Origin: Candidatus Woesearchaeota archaeon
GTDB lineage: Archaea > Nanobdellota > Nanobdellia > Pacearchaeales > UBA284
Assembly (NCBI GenBank): GCA_964354405.1
Contig: CAYGZP010000003.1
Span: forward strand, 8,666-32,665
DNA: 24,000 bases
Direction: 5' to 3'
The notes below the pieces were generated by a model, which was not told the DNA's origin, ran no database searches, and worked only from the letters and a program-made list of their open reading frames with translations. Position 1 is the first letter of the stretch, and each line of letters starts with the position of its first letter. Shown here piece by piece: positions 16,550-24,000 of the stretch. The position numbers and the translations under genes were made by a program.

Positions 16550-17520
16550 AACCGAAAAAACTTGGAAGACTTATTTTAAAGGAAGAGTTGTTCGCTATCA
16601 CTGGATGCTTGGAGGAAGCGATAATCCTAAACCAAATGTGTTATTGGTCGGAAAGAATGAATGAAACAGATAAGTTTTTGGAGGAAGAATACACAATGCT
16701 GGTCGAACACGTCCCTGTATTATCCCACGGATGGATATACAAGTCCGCATCTGAACTGGCTGGTGAAATGTTTGGAGCCGTGAGTGAGAAAACAATGAAT
16801 CGAATATTGGATCGGTTGGTAAAAAAGAATTTTCTTCGTCGCAGATTCAATCCTAATCCGAAGTATAAGTTTGATAAAACATATCACTATCGCGTGAACT
16901 TTGTTGAAATCATGTGCCATTTAAAAAATAAAAAGATGCCATTGAGTGGTTATCATATTATTGAGGAGTTTGTAAACAGACTTGAACAAGGTGTCGCTCC
17001 GAAGCGTCATTTTGACGGATCGGAGAATCATTCTGACGGAGCAATACCAGAGACTATAACAAAAACTACTGACAAAGAAAAACCCCTAACCCCTTTGCAA
17101 GGGGAAGAGGAAAGTTCGGCAATGGCCTCACATTCCTCGGAAGTAGTAACTCAACCAAATCTATTCTCGACTAACCCAAGTGAAGCTAACGCTTCGGGTT
17201 CGGCTATCGCCAAACTGAACTCTGCCGATGGCAATGGAACTACCCCCCCAATTCCGCTCGCCCCCCCACGAACTATCCCGACCGAATTGGATACTCCAGA
17301 ATTCAACGCTGCTTGGAATGAATTCCTTCAACACCGAAAGGAAAAGAAATCTCCAATGACACCAACCGCAAAAAATAATATGTTCCGCAAGTTCACAACT
17401 TGGGGAGTAGAGAACGCAGTCGTTGCAATCGACGCTGCAATCTCAAACGGGTGGACTGGAGTTTTCGAACCAAAACAAAACAAGTCCAATTCAAAACCAG
17501 AACGACTTTGCAGCATTTGA
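16546..17520 (+). CDS. Putative replication initiator / O-like protein
   Basis: 324 aa; N-terminal winged-helix-like region (GWIYKSASELAGEMFGAVSEKTMNRILDRLVKKNFLRRRFNPNPKYKFDKTYHYRVN), Pro-rich linker, precedes methyltransferase and helicase. Confidence 0.6.
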   Translation: MKPKKLGRLILKEELFAITGCLEEAIILNQMCYWSERMNETDKFLEEEYTMLVEHVPVLSHGWIYKSASELAGEMFGAVSEKTMNRILDRLVKKNFLRRRFNPNPKYKFDKTYHYRVNFVEIMCHLKNKKMPLSGYHIIEEFVNRLEQGVAPKRHFDGSENHSDGAIPETITKTTDKEKPLTPLQGEEESSAMASHSSEVVTQPNLFSTNPSEANASGSAIAKLNSADGNGTTPPIPLAPPRTIPTELDTPEFNAAWNEFLQHRKEKKSPMTPTAKNNMFRKFTTWGVENAVVAIDAAISNGWTGVFEPKQNKSNSKPERLCSI

Positions 17521-17536
17521 TTATCGTTACCGATAA
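17521..17536. promoter_or_regulatory. Copy 6 of 16-bp dyad TTATCGTTACCGATAA
   Basis: Begins right after the stop of the initiator-like gene. Confidence 0.6.
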
Positions 17537-17561
17537 AACCAAAACCTAAATAGAAAGAAAA

Positions 17562-18314
17562 ATGAATGAGCTACACTTATTTGCTGGAGCAGGGGGAGGA
17601 ATCCTCGGCGGGATGCTTCTCGGACATACCACAGTCTGTGCTGTCGAACTTGAACCTTACTGCCGAAAAGTCCTACTCCAAAGACAACGAGACGGAATCC
17701 TGCCTAAGTTCCCAATCTGGGATGATGTCACAACTTTCGACGGAACTCCGTGGAGAGGAAAAGTCGATGTCGTTTGCGGAGGATTCCCTTGCCCGGATTT
17801 CTCCAATGGAAATCAAAAGGAAAGTAGATTCACAGGACTACAAGGAAACAGGGGAGGACTATGGTTTGAAATGTTTAGGATTATATGCGAAATACGACCC
17901 AAGCTCGTCTTCGTGGAAAATGTGCCAAACCTCATTAAATTTGGGATTGGAACAGTCCTCGGAAATTTGGTCGAAAGCGGGTATAATTCAAGATGGTGTT
18001 TGTTGGGAAGCAAGGATTGCGAAGGAGTTCATAAAAGAGATAGAGCATGGATTCTCGCTACTCACCCCAACATCGACAGACTACAAGAGAAACAACCTAT
18101 CGACTCCAATGTGGGAAAGAAGAATGAAACAAAGGAAGTCTCCGGGGACACTACCAGAGCAATTGGCTTGGATGGGATTCAAGGGTATGTTAGCCCCCAC
18201 ATTGCCGGAAAAAATGATGAGATGGCCAATTGGCTGGACAGGTTTAAAGCAGTTGGAAATGGGCAGGATGCAAGCGTGGCTGCAACAGCATGGAGAATAC
18301 TTGGAGGAGAATAA
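17562..18314 (+). CDS. C5-type DNA cytosine methyltransferase
   Basis: LHLFAGAGGGILGGMLLGH (motif I), VDVVCGGFPCPDFS (PC motif IV), FVENVP (ENV motif VI), HKRDRAWILA (motif VIII-like), FKAVGNGQDASVAATAW (motif X). Confidence 0.92.
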   Translation: MNELHLFAGAGGGILGGMLLGHTTVCAVELEPYCRKVLLQRQRDGILPKFPIWDDVTTFDGTPWRGKVDVVCGGFPCPDFSNGNQKESRFTGLQGNRGGLWFEMFRIICEIRPKLVFVENVPNLIKFGIGTVLGNLVESGYNSRWCLLGSKDCEGVHKRDRAWILATHPNIDRLQEKQPIDSNVGKKNETKEVSGDTTRAIGLDGIQGYVSPHIAGKNDEMANWLDRFKAVGNGQDASVAATAWRILGGE

Positions 18315-18318
18315 ATGA
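17566..18318 (+). CDS. Fully overlapping ORF in the alternative frame; putative second protein
   Basis: 250 codons open, nested almost exactly on the methyltransferase gene; motifs EESSAGCFSDIPQSVL, SSSSWKMCQTSLNLG, GVCWEARI, LLTPTSTDYK, WPIGWTGLKQLE; stop overlaps the helicase ATG (ATGA). Confidence 0.45.
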   Translation: MSYTYLLEQGEESSAGCFSDIPQSVLSNLNLTAEKSYSKDNETESCLSSQSGMMSQLSTELRGEEKSMSFAEDSLARISPMEIKRKVDSQDYKETGEDYGLKCLGLYAKYDPSSSSWKMCQTSLNLGLEQSSEIWSKAGIIQDGVCWEARIAKEFIKEIEHGFSLLTPTSTDYKRNNLSTPMWERRMKQRKSPGTLPEQLAWMGFKGMLAPTLPEKMMRWPIGWTGLKQLEMGRMQAWLQQHGEYLEENK

Positions 18319-19547
18319 AAAAAGTCCCAATAGCACGAAAGAGTGAAGCCGCAGCATTGTCGCTGATAGCAATCGACAGAAACATACTTTCCCAACAAAC
18401 ATGGGATAGTGGTTATTTCGCCATAAACGCCAACAGGCTCGTTTTTGAAGCTCTCCAAGGGGTTCACCAGCGGACAGGCGTTTGTTGCCCGTTCTCTGCC
18501 ATCGCAGAGTTGGAAGCTACAGGAAAGTTGGATGCGGCGGGTGGTGAAGAATCTGTCCACGACACATTACGCACGATGAACGTAGCTTCGGGTAAGGTTT
18601 GCCAAGACATGGCTGACGATTATCGGAAGCACCTGCACCGCACAAAATCATACCGCGATGTCATTACACTTTTCGAGAAGGAAGAACCAAACCTACGGAC
18701 AGGTAAGACAAATCTGAAGGAATTATCGGAAACGATAATGAACTCTGCCGAAGATCGGACGACAAAAGTAAAACCAGTCAAAGACCTCATCATCGAAATC
18801 ATTGATGAGATGGAAGGTAAAGCTGTAAAGGAATTCTTTCCTACTGGATTACTCAAAGTAGATCGTGCGCTCAAGGGTGGAATGCACAAAGGAGAGATGA
18901 TGACAGTAGCTTCAGAGACTGGTGGTGGTAAATCCATCTACCTCGTCCAAGCGGCACTCGCTAACCTGCAAGATGGAAAGTCAGTTCTCTTCTTCAGCCT
19001 CGAAATGAAAGCGAAGGACATCCTAACTCGTATGGCTTGTAACTTGGCAGGCTACCCCGTGCGTGAACCAGAGGATTACAAGAACGCAAACCAACACGAA
19101 CTCCTAAAAATCAACTCTGCATTGTTGCAATTACACAAGTTACCCATCGAAATCGTGGATGGAGTAGCCGAAATTGACGAGATTGAGGCCCAAATCAACC
19201 GATATGTAGGAGAAAATCGGGCAGATGTAATCGTCGTAGATTACCTACAAATCATCTCATCTGACGGGGAAGAAGGCAGAGAAAGTCAGATTTCGGAGAT
19301 TGCAAGGAGGCTAAAACTCGCAGCACTGAAGAATAACTCGATTATGCTGACTGCTTCACAACTAAACGACGAGGGAAGACTACGCGAATCACGGGCAATT
19401 GGAATGCACTCTGACCAAGTAGTGTATATCGAACACATCAAGGAGAAGAGTAGGCTGACAATCAAGAAGAACCGCCGTGGTGCGAGGAACTACATGACAG
19501 AAATCGTCATGCGTGGTGACATCTCAAAACTTGAGGAGGTTTACTAA
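18315..19547 (+). CDS. dnaB: DnaB-like replicative helicase
   Basis: Walker A-like SETGGGKS, Walker B-like ADVIVVDYLQI, SQLNDEGRLRESRAIGMHSDQVVYI typical of RecA-fold DnaB helicases. Confidence 0.9.
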   Translation: MKKVPIARKSEAAALSLIAIDRNILSQQTWDSGYFAINANRLVFEALQGVHQRTGVCCPFSAIAELEATGKLDAAGGEESVHDTLRTMNVASGKVCQDMADDYRKHLHRTKSYRDVITLFEKEEPNLRTGKTNLKELSETIMNSAEDRTTKVKPVKDLIIEIIDEMEGKAVKEFFPTGLLKVDRALKGGMHKGEMMTVASETGGGKSIYLVQAALANLQDGKSVLFFSLEMKAKDILTRMACNLAGYPVREPEDYKNANQHELLKINSALLQLHKLPIEIVDGVAEIDEIEAQINRYVGENRADVIVVDYLQIISSDGEEGRESQISEIARRLKLAALKNNSIMLTASQLNDEGRLRESRAIGMHSDQVVYIEHIKEKSRLTIKKNRRGARNYMTEIVMRGDISKLEEVY

Positions 19548-19741
19548 TGAATATTGACCAAGCCTATGGAAAATCCATGATGTTTTTCAAGTATGCACTA
19601 GACATCTGGGAGTCTGAAGACAAAGAAAGATATTGCATTGCAGAAAATTACTGGAGTGAGGGAATGAAAATCTACGATGAGTATTTTTCTAATAAAAAAA
19701 TATTGACGCAGATACAAGATGTAGATACGATGCTTCCATGA
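19547..19741 (+). CDS. Hypothetical protein
   Basis: 64 aa, overlaps neighbours by a few nt in the operon. Confidence 0.5.
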   Translation: MNIDQAYGKSMMFFKYALDIWESEDKERYCIAENYWSEGMKIYDEYFSNKKILTQIQDVDTMLP

Positions 19742-20001
19742 ATAACACAGAAACAATAATCAAATACCTCAAGCTCTACAACGAGTGGAGGCGCGGCGAT
19801 GAAAAGATGGGACAACCCAATCCTACTGAGATTGGAAAGTTGATTGATGAAGCGTGTGAAATGCTTATTTCATTAGAACGCGAGCGCGACGAGGCGCGGG
19901 AGGCATTGATGGCATTTAACCATGATAAAAAACACCTTTGCGATTCACACAAAGACATGATCGGAAATTGCATGGTTTGCAGCATGAATGAAACAAAATG
20001 A
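19738..20001 (+). CDS. Small protein containing LERERDEAREAL core
   Basis: 87 aa; shares the nucleotide core with downstream ORFs. Confidence 0.6.
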   Translation: MNNTETIIKYLKLYNEWRRGDEKMGQPNPTEIGKLIDEACEMLISLERERDEAREALMAFNHDKKHLCDSHKDMIGNCMVCSMNETK

Positions 20002-20189
20002 ACAAATATTTAACATACTTGCCAACTGAATGTCTTATGGCATTCTGTATTATATTATTATTTACTTGGGCTTTCGCAGTTTCGTTTCAACGCGATAACC
20101 TAAAAAAGCAAGCAGTCGAAAGAGGTTTTGCTGAATGGGTTTGCGACTCCTCTGGGAATACAACTTGGAGGTGGAAAGAAACAAAATGA
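19998..20189 (+). CDS. Small membrane protein
   Basis: 63 aa; N-terminal hydrophobic segment CLMAFCIILLFTWAFAVSF, then VERGFAEWVCDSSGNTTWRWKE. Confidence 0.55.
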   Translation: MNKYLTYLPTECLMAFCIILLFTWAFAVSFQRDNLKKQAVERGFAEWVCDSSGNTTWRWKETK

Positions 20190-20455
20190 ATAATACATCA
20201 GCATCAAAAACAGATAGATTAATGTGCAATGTTTCTGCCGACTTTGCACGCAAGCTGAAATTCGAACGAGACGAAGCGATGGAGGCGCTGGATAAAATGT
20301 CGGCCTACATACAAAAAATTACTGGCAGTTGCCCATATGAGTGCTTTGACGCTGAACCTCATTCACATCCATGTAGTGAGGTTTGCGACAATTTTACAGA
20401 TAAAATAAACGAATGCTGGAAAAAACATTTTTTAAAAAATGCAATCGAGCTTTGA
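20186..20455 (+). CDS. Small protein with diverged coiled-coil core (ADFARKLKFERDEAMEAL)
   Basis: ATG 20186 overlaps the preceding stop; track start 20135 judged too early. Confidence 0.55.
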   Translation: MNNTSASKTDRLMCNVSADFARKLKFERDEAMEALDKMSAYIQKITGSCPYECFDAEPHSHPCSEVCDNFTDKINECWKKHFLKNAIEL

Positions 20456-20639
20456 ACGCAGTCGGGACGAGGTTGAAAAGTTGATACGCGAACGTGACGA
20501 GGCGCAGGGATTGTTACGCATTTTGGCGGGTCTTGTTGCCTACGGCCTTGGTCAGTCAGGTGAGGAGTGGTCGCTGGAGGCCATGCGCCAAGCGACGACC
20601 GCAATTCAAAATGCAAAATCTTTGGAGGAGACAAAATGA
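20439..20639 (+). CDS. Small protein with IRERDEAQGLL core
   Basis: 66 aa, member of the array. Confidence 0.5.
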   Translation: MQSSFERSRDEVEKLIRERDEAQGLLRILAGLVAYGLGQSGEEWSLEAMRQATTAIQNAKSLEETK

Positions 20640-20983
20640 TTGAATTACCTACACCGGAGACGGATGCGAGTTGTGGATATGCTCTGTCCAGTCACTACGG
20701 GCGGCTTGAGGGGAGCTATCTGCAAATGGATCGGAGTGGTCCGTTTGTTCATGCAGAGGTAGCCCGCAAACTGGAGCGCGAGCGTGACGAGGCGAGGGAG
20801 GCTTTGAAGCGGATAGACGAAGCGATATTGGTAATGAAGCCAAGACATATCGGACAACCCGATATGGATGGGAGGTATCCATGTTGGTCGGTGTGGCTAC
20901 CAAAAAGCGGTAGGGTCGAAAGGAAGAGCCTGCAAGATGCCCTTTTAGAGTTTGCCGCACAAATTAAGGAGGCCGTAAAATGA
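20636..20983 (+). CDS. Small protein, MIELPTPETDA... ARKLERERDEAREAL
   Basis: Start at ATG 20636 preceded by GGAGG and overlapping the previous stop (ATGA). Confidence 0.6.
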   Translation: MIELPTPETDASCGYALSSHYGRLEGSYLQMDRSGPFVHAEVARKLERERDEAREALKRIDEAILVMKPRHIGQPDMDGRYPCWSVWLPKSGRVERKSLQDALLEFAAQIKEAVK

Positions 20984-21339
20984 GCAGCACCATACCAAAG
21001 GCGGATGCGGTTGAAGCTAAACGCCGAGCTGAATGGCTACACAAACACAAAGCGCACAAAGACTGGATTATTTTATCTGTGTCAGAGGTTGCTGTTATTC
21101 GTGACGAGCTGTTGATTCTCGAACGCGAGCGCGACGAGGCGCGGGAGCAAGCCCAAAGGTTGCGAGTCCAATTAAACCATTACACGCAAGCAAATGAAAT
21201 GGCAGAACAAGCCTTCCGTGAACGAGACGAATCGCACAAAATTGCGAAGCGAGCGATTGATGATTTAGCATGGTTCAACCAAACAAATGCACAGAGACTC
21301 CGCAATGAACTTGACCAACTGAAGGAGGCCACGAAATGA
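20980..21339 (+). CDS. Small coiled-coil protein with LERERDEAREQ core
   Basis: 119 aa, overlaps both neighbours. Confidence 0.6.
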   Translation: MSSTIPKADAVEAKRRAEWLHKHKAHKDWIILSVSEVAVIRDELLILERERDEAREQAQRLRVQLNHYTQANEMAEQAFRERDESHKIAKRAIDDLAWFNQTNAQRLRNELDQLKEATK

Positions 21340-21557
21340 GCGAGCGACCAACACCAGAGACGGATGCGGCGAGGCACGACTTGAGCGATTACGGCTCACC
21401 CGTGCCTTGCTCTTGGGGAGATTGGATTCATGCCGATGTAGCCAGCAAACTGGAACGCGAGCGTAACGATTACAAGTGGCAGTTGCATATAGCTAAAGGA
21501 GAAATCGCAGAAGCAAGAAAAATGGAAAGAGCATGGAAAAAGGAGGAAACAAAATGA
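21336..21557 (+). CDS. Small protein, MSERPTPETDA... SKLERERND
   Basis: 73 aa, overlaps both neighbours. Confidence 0.6.
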   Translation: MSERPTPETDAARHDLSDYGSPVPCSWGDWIHADVASKLERERNDYKWQLHIAKGEIAEARKMERAWKKEETK

Positions 21558-21817
21558 GCGAGCGACCAACACCTGAGACGGATGCCTTCAGCGGAAACAT
21601 GGGTGACTGCATCAAGTTTGCCGAAAAACTTGAACGCGAACGCGACGAGGCGCGGGAGGCATTCAAGATAGTTTACAACGAGCGAGTCCAAATGGAACTT
21701 GAGCGAGACGAATGGAAAAACAAAGCATACTCTCATGCTACAGACTACACTCTAATGGAAGCGAAGTGCTTTAGATTGGAACAACAACTCAAAGAATATG
21801 ATAAACTCAAGAGCTAA
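21554..21817 (+). CDS. Small protein, MSERPTPETDA... EKLERERDEAREAF
   Basis: ATG 21554 preferred over track start 21533. Confidence 0.6.
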   Translation: MSERPTPETDAFSGNMGDCIKFAEKLERERDEAREAFKIVYNERVQMELERDEWKNKAYSHATDYTLMEAKCFRLEQQLKEYDKLKS

Positions 21818-22127
21818 AGGCGCAAGAGGTGAGCGGCAGTGGAGAGATCAACTCCGCGCCGAAGGCTACACTGCTAAACGAGGACAGCAATTCGCAGGAG
21901 GACAAGAATCACCAGATGTGGTCTGTGAAGAACTGAAAGGTAAACTCCACTTTGAAGTTAAGTGCGTTCAGAATTTGAATCTTGATAAGGCTTGCGAACA
22001 GGCCGAGCGAGATGCTAAAGGCATTGCTTGGGCCGTGGCTCACAAGAAAAACAATAAGAACTGGAAGGTAACAATCCCTGCTGACCTGTTCTTTAAATTA
22101 CTCAGGGATGGAAGTGACGGACTATGA
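21798..22127 (+). CDS. Putative PD-(D/E)XK nuclease / Holliday-junction-resolvase-like protein
   Basis: 109 aa; KGARGERQWRDQLRAEGYTAKR...SPDVVCEELKGKLHFEVKC resembles E...D...ExK active-site layout. Confidence 0.6.
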   Translation: MINSRAKGARGERQWRDQLRAEGYTAKRGQQFAGGQESPDVVCEELKGKLHFEVKCVQNLNLDKACEQAERDAKGIAWAVAHKKNNKNWKVTIPADLFFKLLRDGSDGL

Positions 22128-22309
22128 AACCAAAAACTAAAGCAGGTAAGGCCGCGAAAGTGGCTAAAATCATGGGCGAATACAAGCGTGGAACTCTCCA
22201 TGCTGGTATCAACCCTAAAGGCCCGAAGAAAGCACCAATGGCTAAGAGCCGCAAACAGGCATTGGCAATTGCATTATCACGTGCGGGAATGGCTAAGAAA
22301 AGTAAGTAA
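22124..22309 (+). CDS. Small basic phage protein (GPKKAPMAKSRKQALAIALSRAG)
   Basis: 61 aa, basic, recurring phage small-protein motif recalled from general knowledge. Confidence 0.6.
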   Translation: MKPKTKAGKAAKVAKIMGEYKRGTLHAGINPKGPKKAPMAKSRKQALAIALSRAGMAKKSK

Positions 22310-22310
22310 T

Positions 22311-22457
22311 ATGAAAACAGGACTTTACGCTAATATCAACGCCAAACGGAAACGCATCGCAGCGGGTAGCGGTGAGAAGATGAGGAAGGTTGGTAGCAAA
22401 GGCGCACCAACTGCAAAGGCATTTAAACAATCAGCAAAAACTGCGAAGAAAAAGTAG
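22311..22457 (+). CDS. Small basic phage protein (MKTGLYANINAKRKRIAAGSGEKMRKVGSKGAPTAKAFKQSAKTAKKK)
   Basis: ATG 22311; track start 22188 is an in-frame extension over the upstream gene. Confidence 0.65.
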   Translation: MKTGLYANINAKRKRIAAGSGEKMRKVGSKGAPTAKAFKQSAKTAKKK

Positions 22458-22495
22458 TTATAACAAGTTTAGTGAGTTTACAAAAAACTTATAAT

Positions 22496-22720
22496 ATGGA
22501 AAAGAGATTTACGAAAGTAGTCAAGAATGCCAAAACTGGTAGGACTAAGACAGTCAAGTATGGTCAGAAAGGTGCGACAATCTCTCCGGGATCAAAGCGT
22601 GGCGATTCCTACTGCGCCCGTTCAGCTAAGATCAAAGGTGATTGGAAATCCGATCCCAACTCCCCAAACAACCTTTCGCGCAAGAAGTGGCGTTGCAAAG
22701 GTAGCAAGTCAATGAAATGA
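22496..22720 (+). CDS. Small basic protein with GDSYCARSAKIKGDW...SPNNLSRKKWRC
   Basis: ATG 22496; motif resembles a conserved small phage protein family. Confidence 0.65.
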   Translation: MEKRFTKVVKNAKTGRTKTVKYGQKGATISPGSKRGDSYCARSAKIKGDWKSDPNSPNNLSRKKWRCKGSKSMK

Positions 22721-22845
22721 AAATTAACGGAAAAAATGCTGAGAGCAATGTTGATCTGAATGATGGTCGAGTAGGATGGAAATATCCACTCAACTCCAAA
22801 CAGATCAGCAAGCCTGCGAAGACTTCTTCAAGAAGCGTGGAATGA
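22717..22845 (+). CDS. Possible tiny ORF (MKINGKNAESNVDLNDGRVGWKYPLNSKQISKPAKTSSRSVE)
   Basis: 42 aa with ATGA overlap; no family recognised. Confidence 0.3.
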   Translation: MKINGKNAESNVDLNDGRVGWKYPLNSKQISKPAKTSSRSVE

Positions 22846-22878
22846 AACAATACGATTGCGCTGGCAGACCTAAGAAAA

Positions 22879-23133
22879 ATGACGTGTCCAAAATGTGAAT
22901 CACCTACCGAAGTCATCAATAGTAGAAAGAGAGATGGCACAGTAGTAAGGAGGAGGCTTTGTGCCTGTGGAGAAAGGTTTTCAACCAAAGAAGTAATTAC
23001 TGATTCAAGGAAAGTTACTTTCAAAAAGATAGTTAAAGCACTATCCACGACTAAAGCAGTCACTGGAGAGTGGACAGTAAAAGTAGATAAAAATACCCCC
23101 GATTGGGCAAGGAAAATGCTAATTAACCTATGA
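22879..23133 (+). CDS. NrdR-like zinc-ribbon protein lacking an ATP-cone
   Basis: MTCPKCESPTEVINSRKRDGTVVRRRLCACGERFSTKEV resembles the NrdR N-terminal zinc ribbon. Confidence 0.65.
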   Translation: MTCPKCESPTEVINSRKRDGTVVRRRLCACGERFSTKEVITDSRKVTFKKIVKALSTTKAVTGEWTVKVDKNTPDWARKMLINL

Positions 23134-24000
23134 GTATCGTTAACGATAAATTCAGATTTCATGTTCTTTCGTTACCACATACCGTAACCAGCAAAGAATT
23201 TAATGCCTGCGCTTACACGCAAAAGGTAGTTAAGTTTTGCAAGATGATGACTGAACGTGGACACACAGTAATCCACTACGGTCATGAAGACTCAGATGTA
23301 ATCTGCACAGAACACGTCACAGTTCTTACCAACCATGACTTCAAAAAAAGCTATGGGACACATGACTGGAGGAAGACATTCTTTAAGTTCGATACTAACG
23401 ACCATGCGTATCAAAATTTTTACGCAAACGCCATAAGGGAAATTGAAGATAGAAAAGAAAAGAATGACTTCATCCTACCATTCTGGGGATCAGGAGTCAG
23501 ACCGATCTGTGACGCGCATCCTGACTTAATCTGCGTAGAGCCGGGCATAGGCTATGCGGGAGGTCACTGGGCAAGATGGAAAGTATGGGAATCCTACGCA
23601 ATCTATCACGCTTATTGTGGACTGAAGAATGTAGGGAACTGTAACCAAGACTGGTATGATGTCGTTATCCCAAATTACTTCGATATAGAAGACTTTGAAT
23701 ATAGGACAGACAAAGAAGATTACTTCTTATACCTTGGCCGAGTATATAGCGGAAAAGGTGTAGATATTGCTATACAGGCTACAGAGCGCGCAGGGGTGAA
23801 GTTGGTCATAGCAGGACAAAAAGAGGAAGGTTACAAGTTACCAGACCATGTTGAGTATGTAGGATATGCAGACGTTTCCACAAGAAGGAAGCTCATGTCA
23901 GGTGCAAAAGCCAGTTTCCTTCCATCTATGTATGTAGAACCATTCGGCGGGGTGCAGATAGAAAACCTACTTTCTGGCACTCCTACTATAACAACAGACT
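23130..24000 (+). CDS. Glycosyltransferase-like protein (GT4/GT-B type), truncated at the right edge
   Basis: Manual translation from ATG 23130: MSIVNDKFRFHVLSLPHTVTSKEFNACAYTQKVVKFCKMMTERGHTVIHYGHEDS...DYFLYLGRVYSGKGVDIAIQATERAGVKLVIAGQ...SFLPSMYVEPFGGVQIENLLSGTPTITTD. Confidence 0.8.
   Translation, partial: MSIVNDKFRFHVLSLPHTVTSKEFNACAYTQKVVKFCKMMTERGHTVIHYGHEDSDVICTEHVTVLTNHDFKKSYGTHDWRKTFFKFDTNDHAYQNFYANAIREIEDRKEKNDFILPFWGSGVRPICDAHPDLICVEPGIGYAGGHWARWKVWESYAIYHAYCGLKNVGNCNQDWYDVVIPNYFDIEDFEYRTDKEDYFLYLGRVYSGKGVDIAIQATERAGVKLVIAGQKEEGYKLPDHVEYVGYADVSTRRKLMSGAKASFLPSMYVEPFGGVQIENLLSGTPTITTD
23134..23149. promoter_or_regulatory. Copy 7 of dyad (GTATCGTTAACGATAA)
   Basis: Contains the perfect 14-bp palindrome TATCGTTAACGATA; just inside the start of the glycosyltransferase ORF. 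Confidence 0.45.

Noticed and set aside
18081-18560. 159-aa minus-strand ORF over the methyltransferase/helicase junction
   Set aside because: Antisense to two well-supported genes with no recognisable motif.

Overview
This 24 kb window looks like part of a tailed-phage or prophage genome. The left half is mostly minus strand. It carries a lysis cassette with two small ORFs missing from the supplied track, a tail fibre, head genes, a putative major capsid protein, a scaffold-like coiled-coil protein, a portal and an HNH nuclease. A terminase large subunit reads divergently on the plus strand. A second HNH+AP2-like nuclease, a small HNH protein and an XRE-family regulator follow. The right half is a plus-strand early/replication operon: replication-initiator-like protein, C5 cytosine methyltransferase, DnaB-like helicase, a run of small LERERDEA coiled-coil ORFs, a nuclease/resolvase-like protein, small basic proteins, an NrdR-like zinc ribbon and a truncated glycosyltransferase. 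The observations most worth following are: (1) two 250-codon ORFs in different frames over essentially the same 750 nt, one a clear cytosine methyltransferase; (2) a recurring 16-bp dyad TTATCG-N4-CGATAA, nine copies, mostly at gene junctions; (3) hairpin-dense non-coding segments upstream of the capsid gene, downstream of terminase and upstream of the replication operon; (4) an HNH-AP2 ORF bounded by 13-bp direct repeats; (5) an array of small ORFs sharing a nearly invariant nucleotide core. No CRISPR array, reverse transcriptase or convincing tRNA was found. All family calls come from reading motifs, not from searches.
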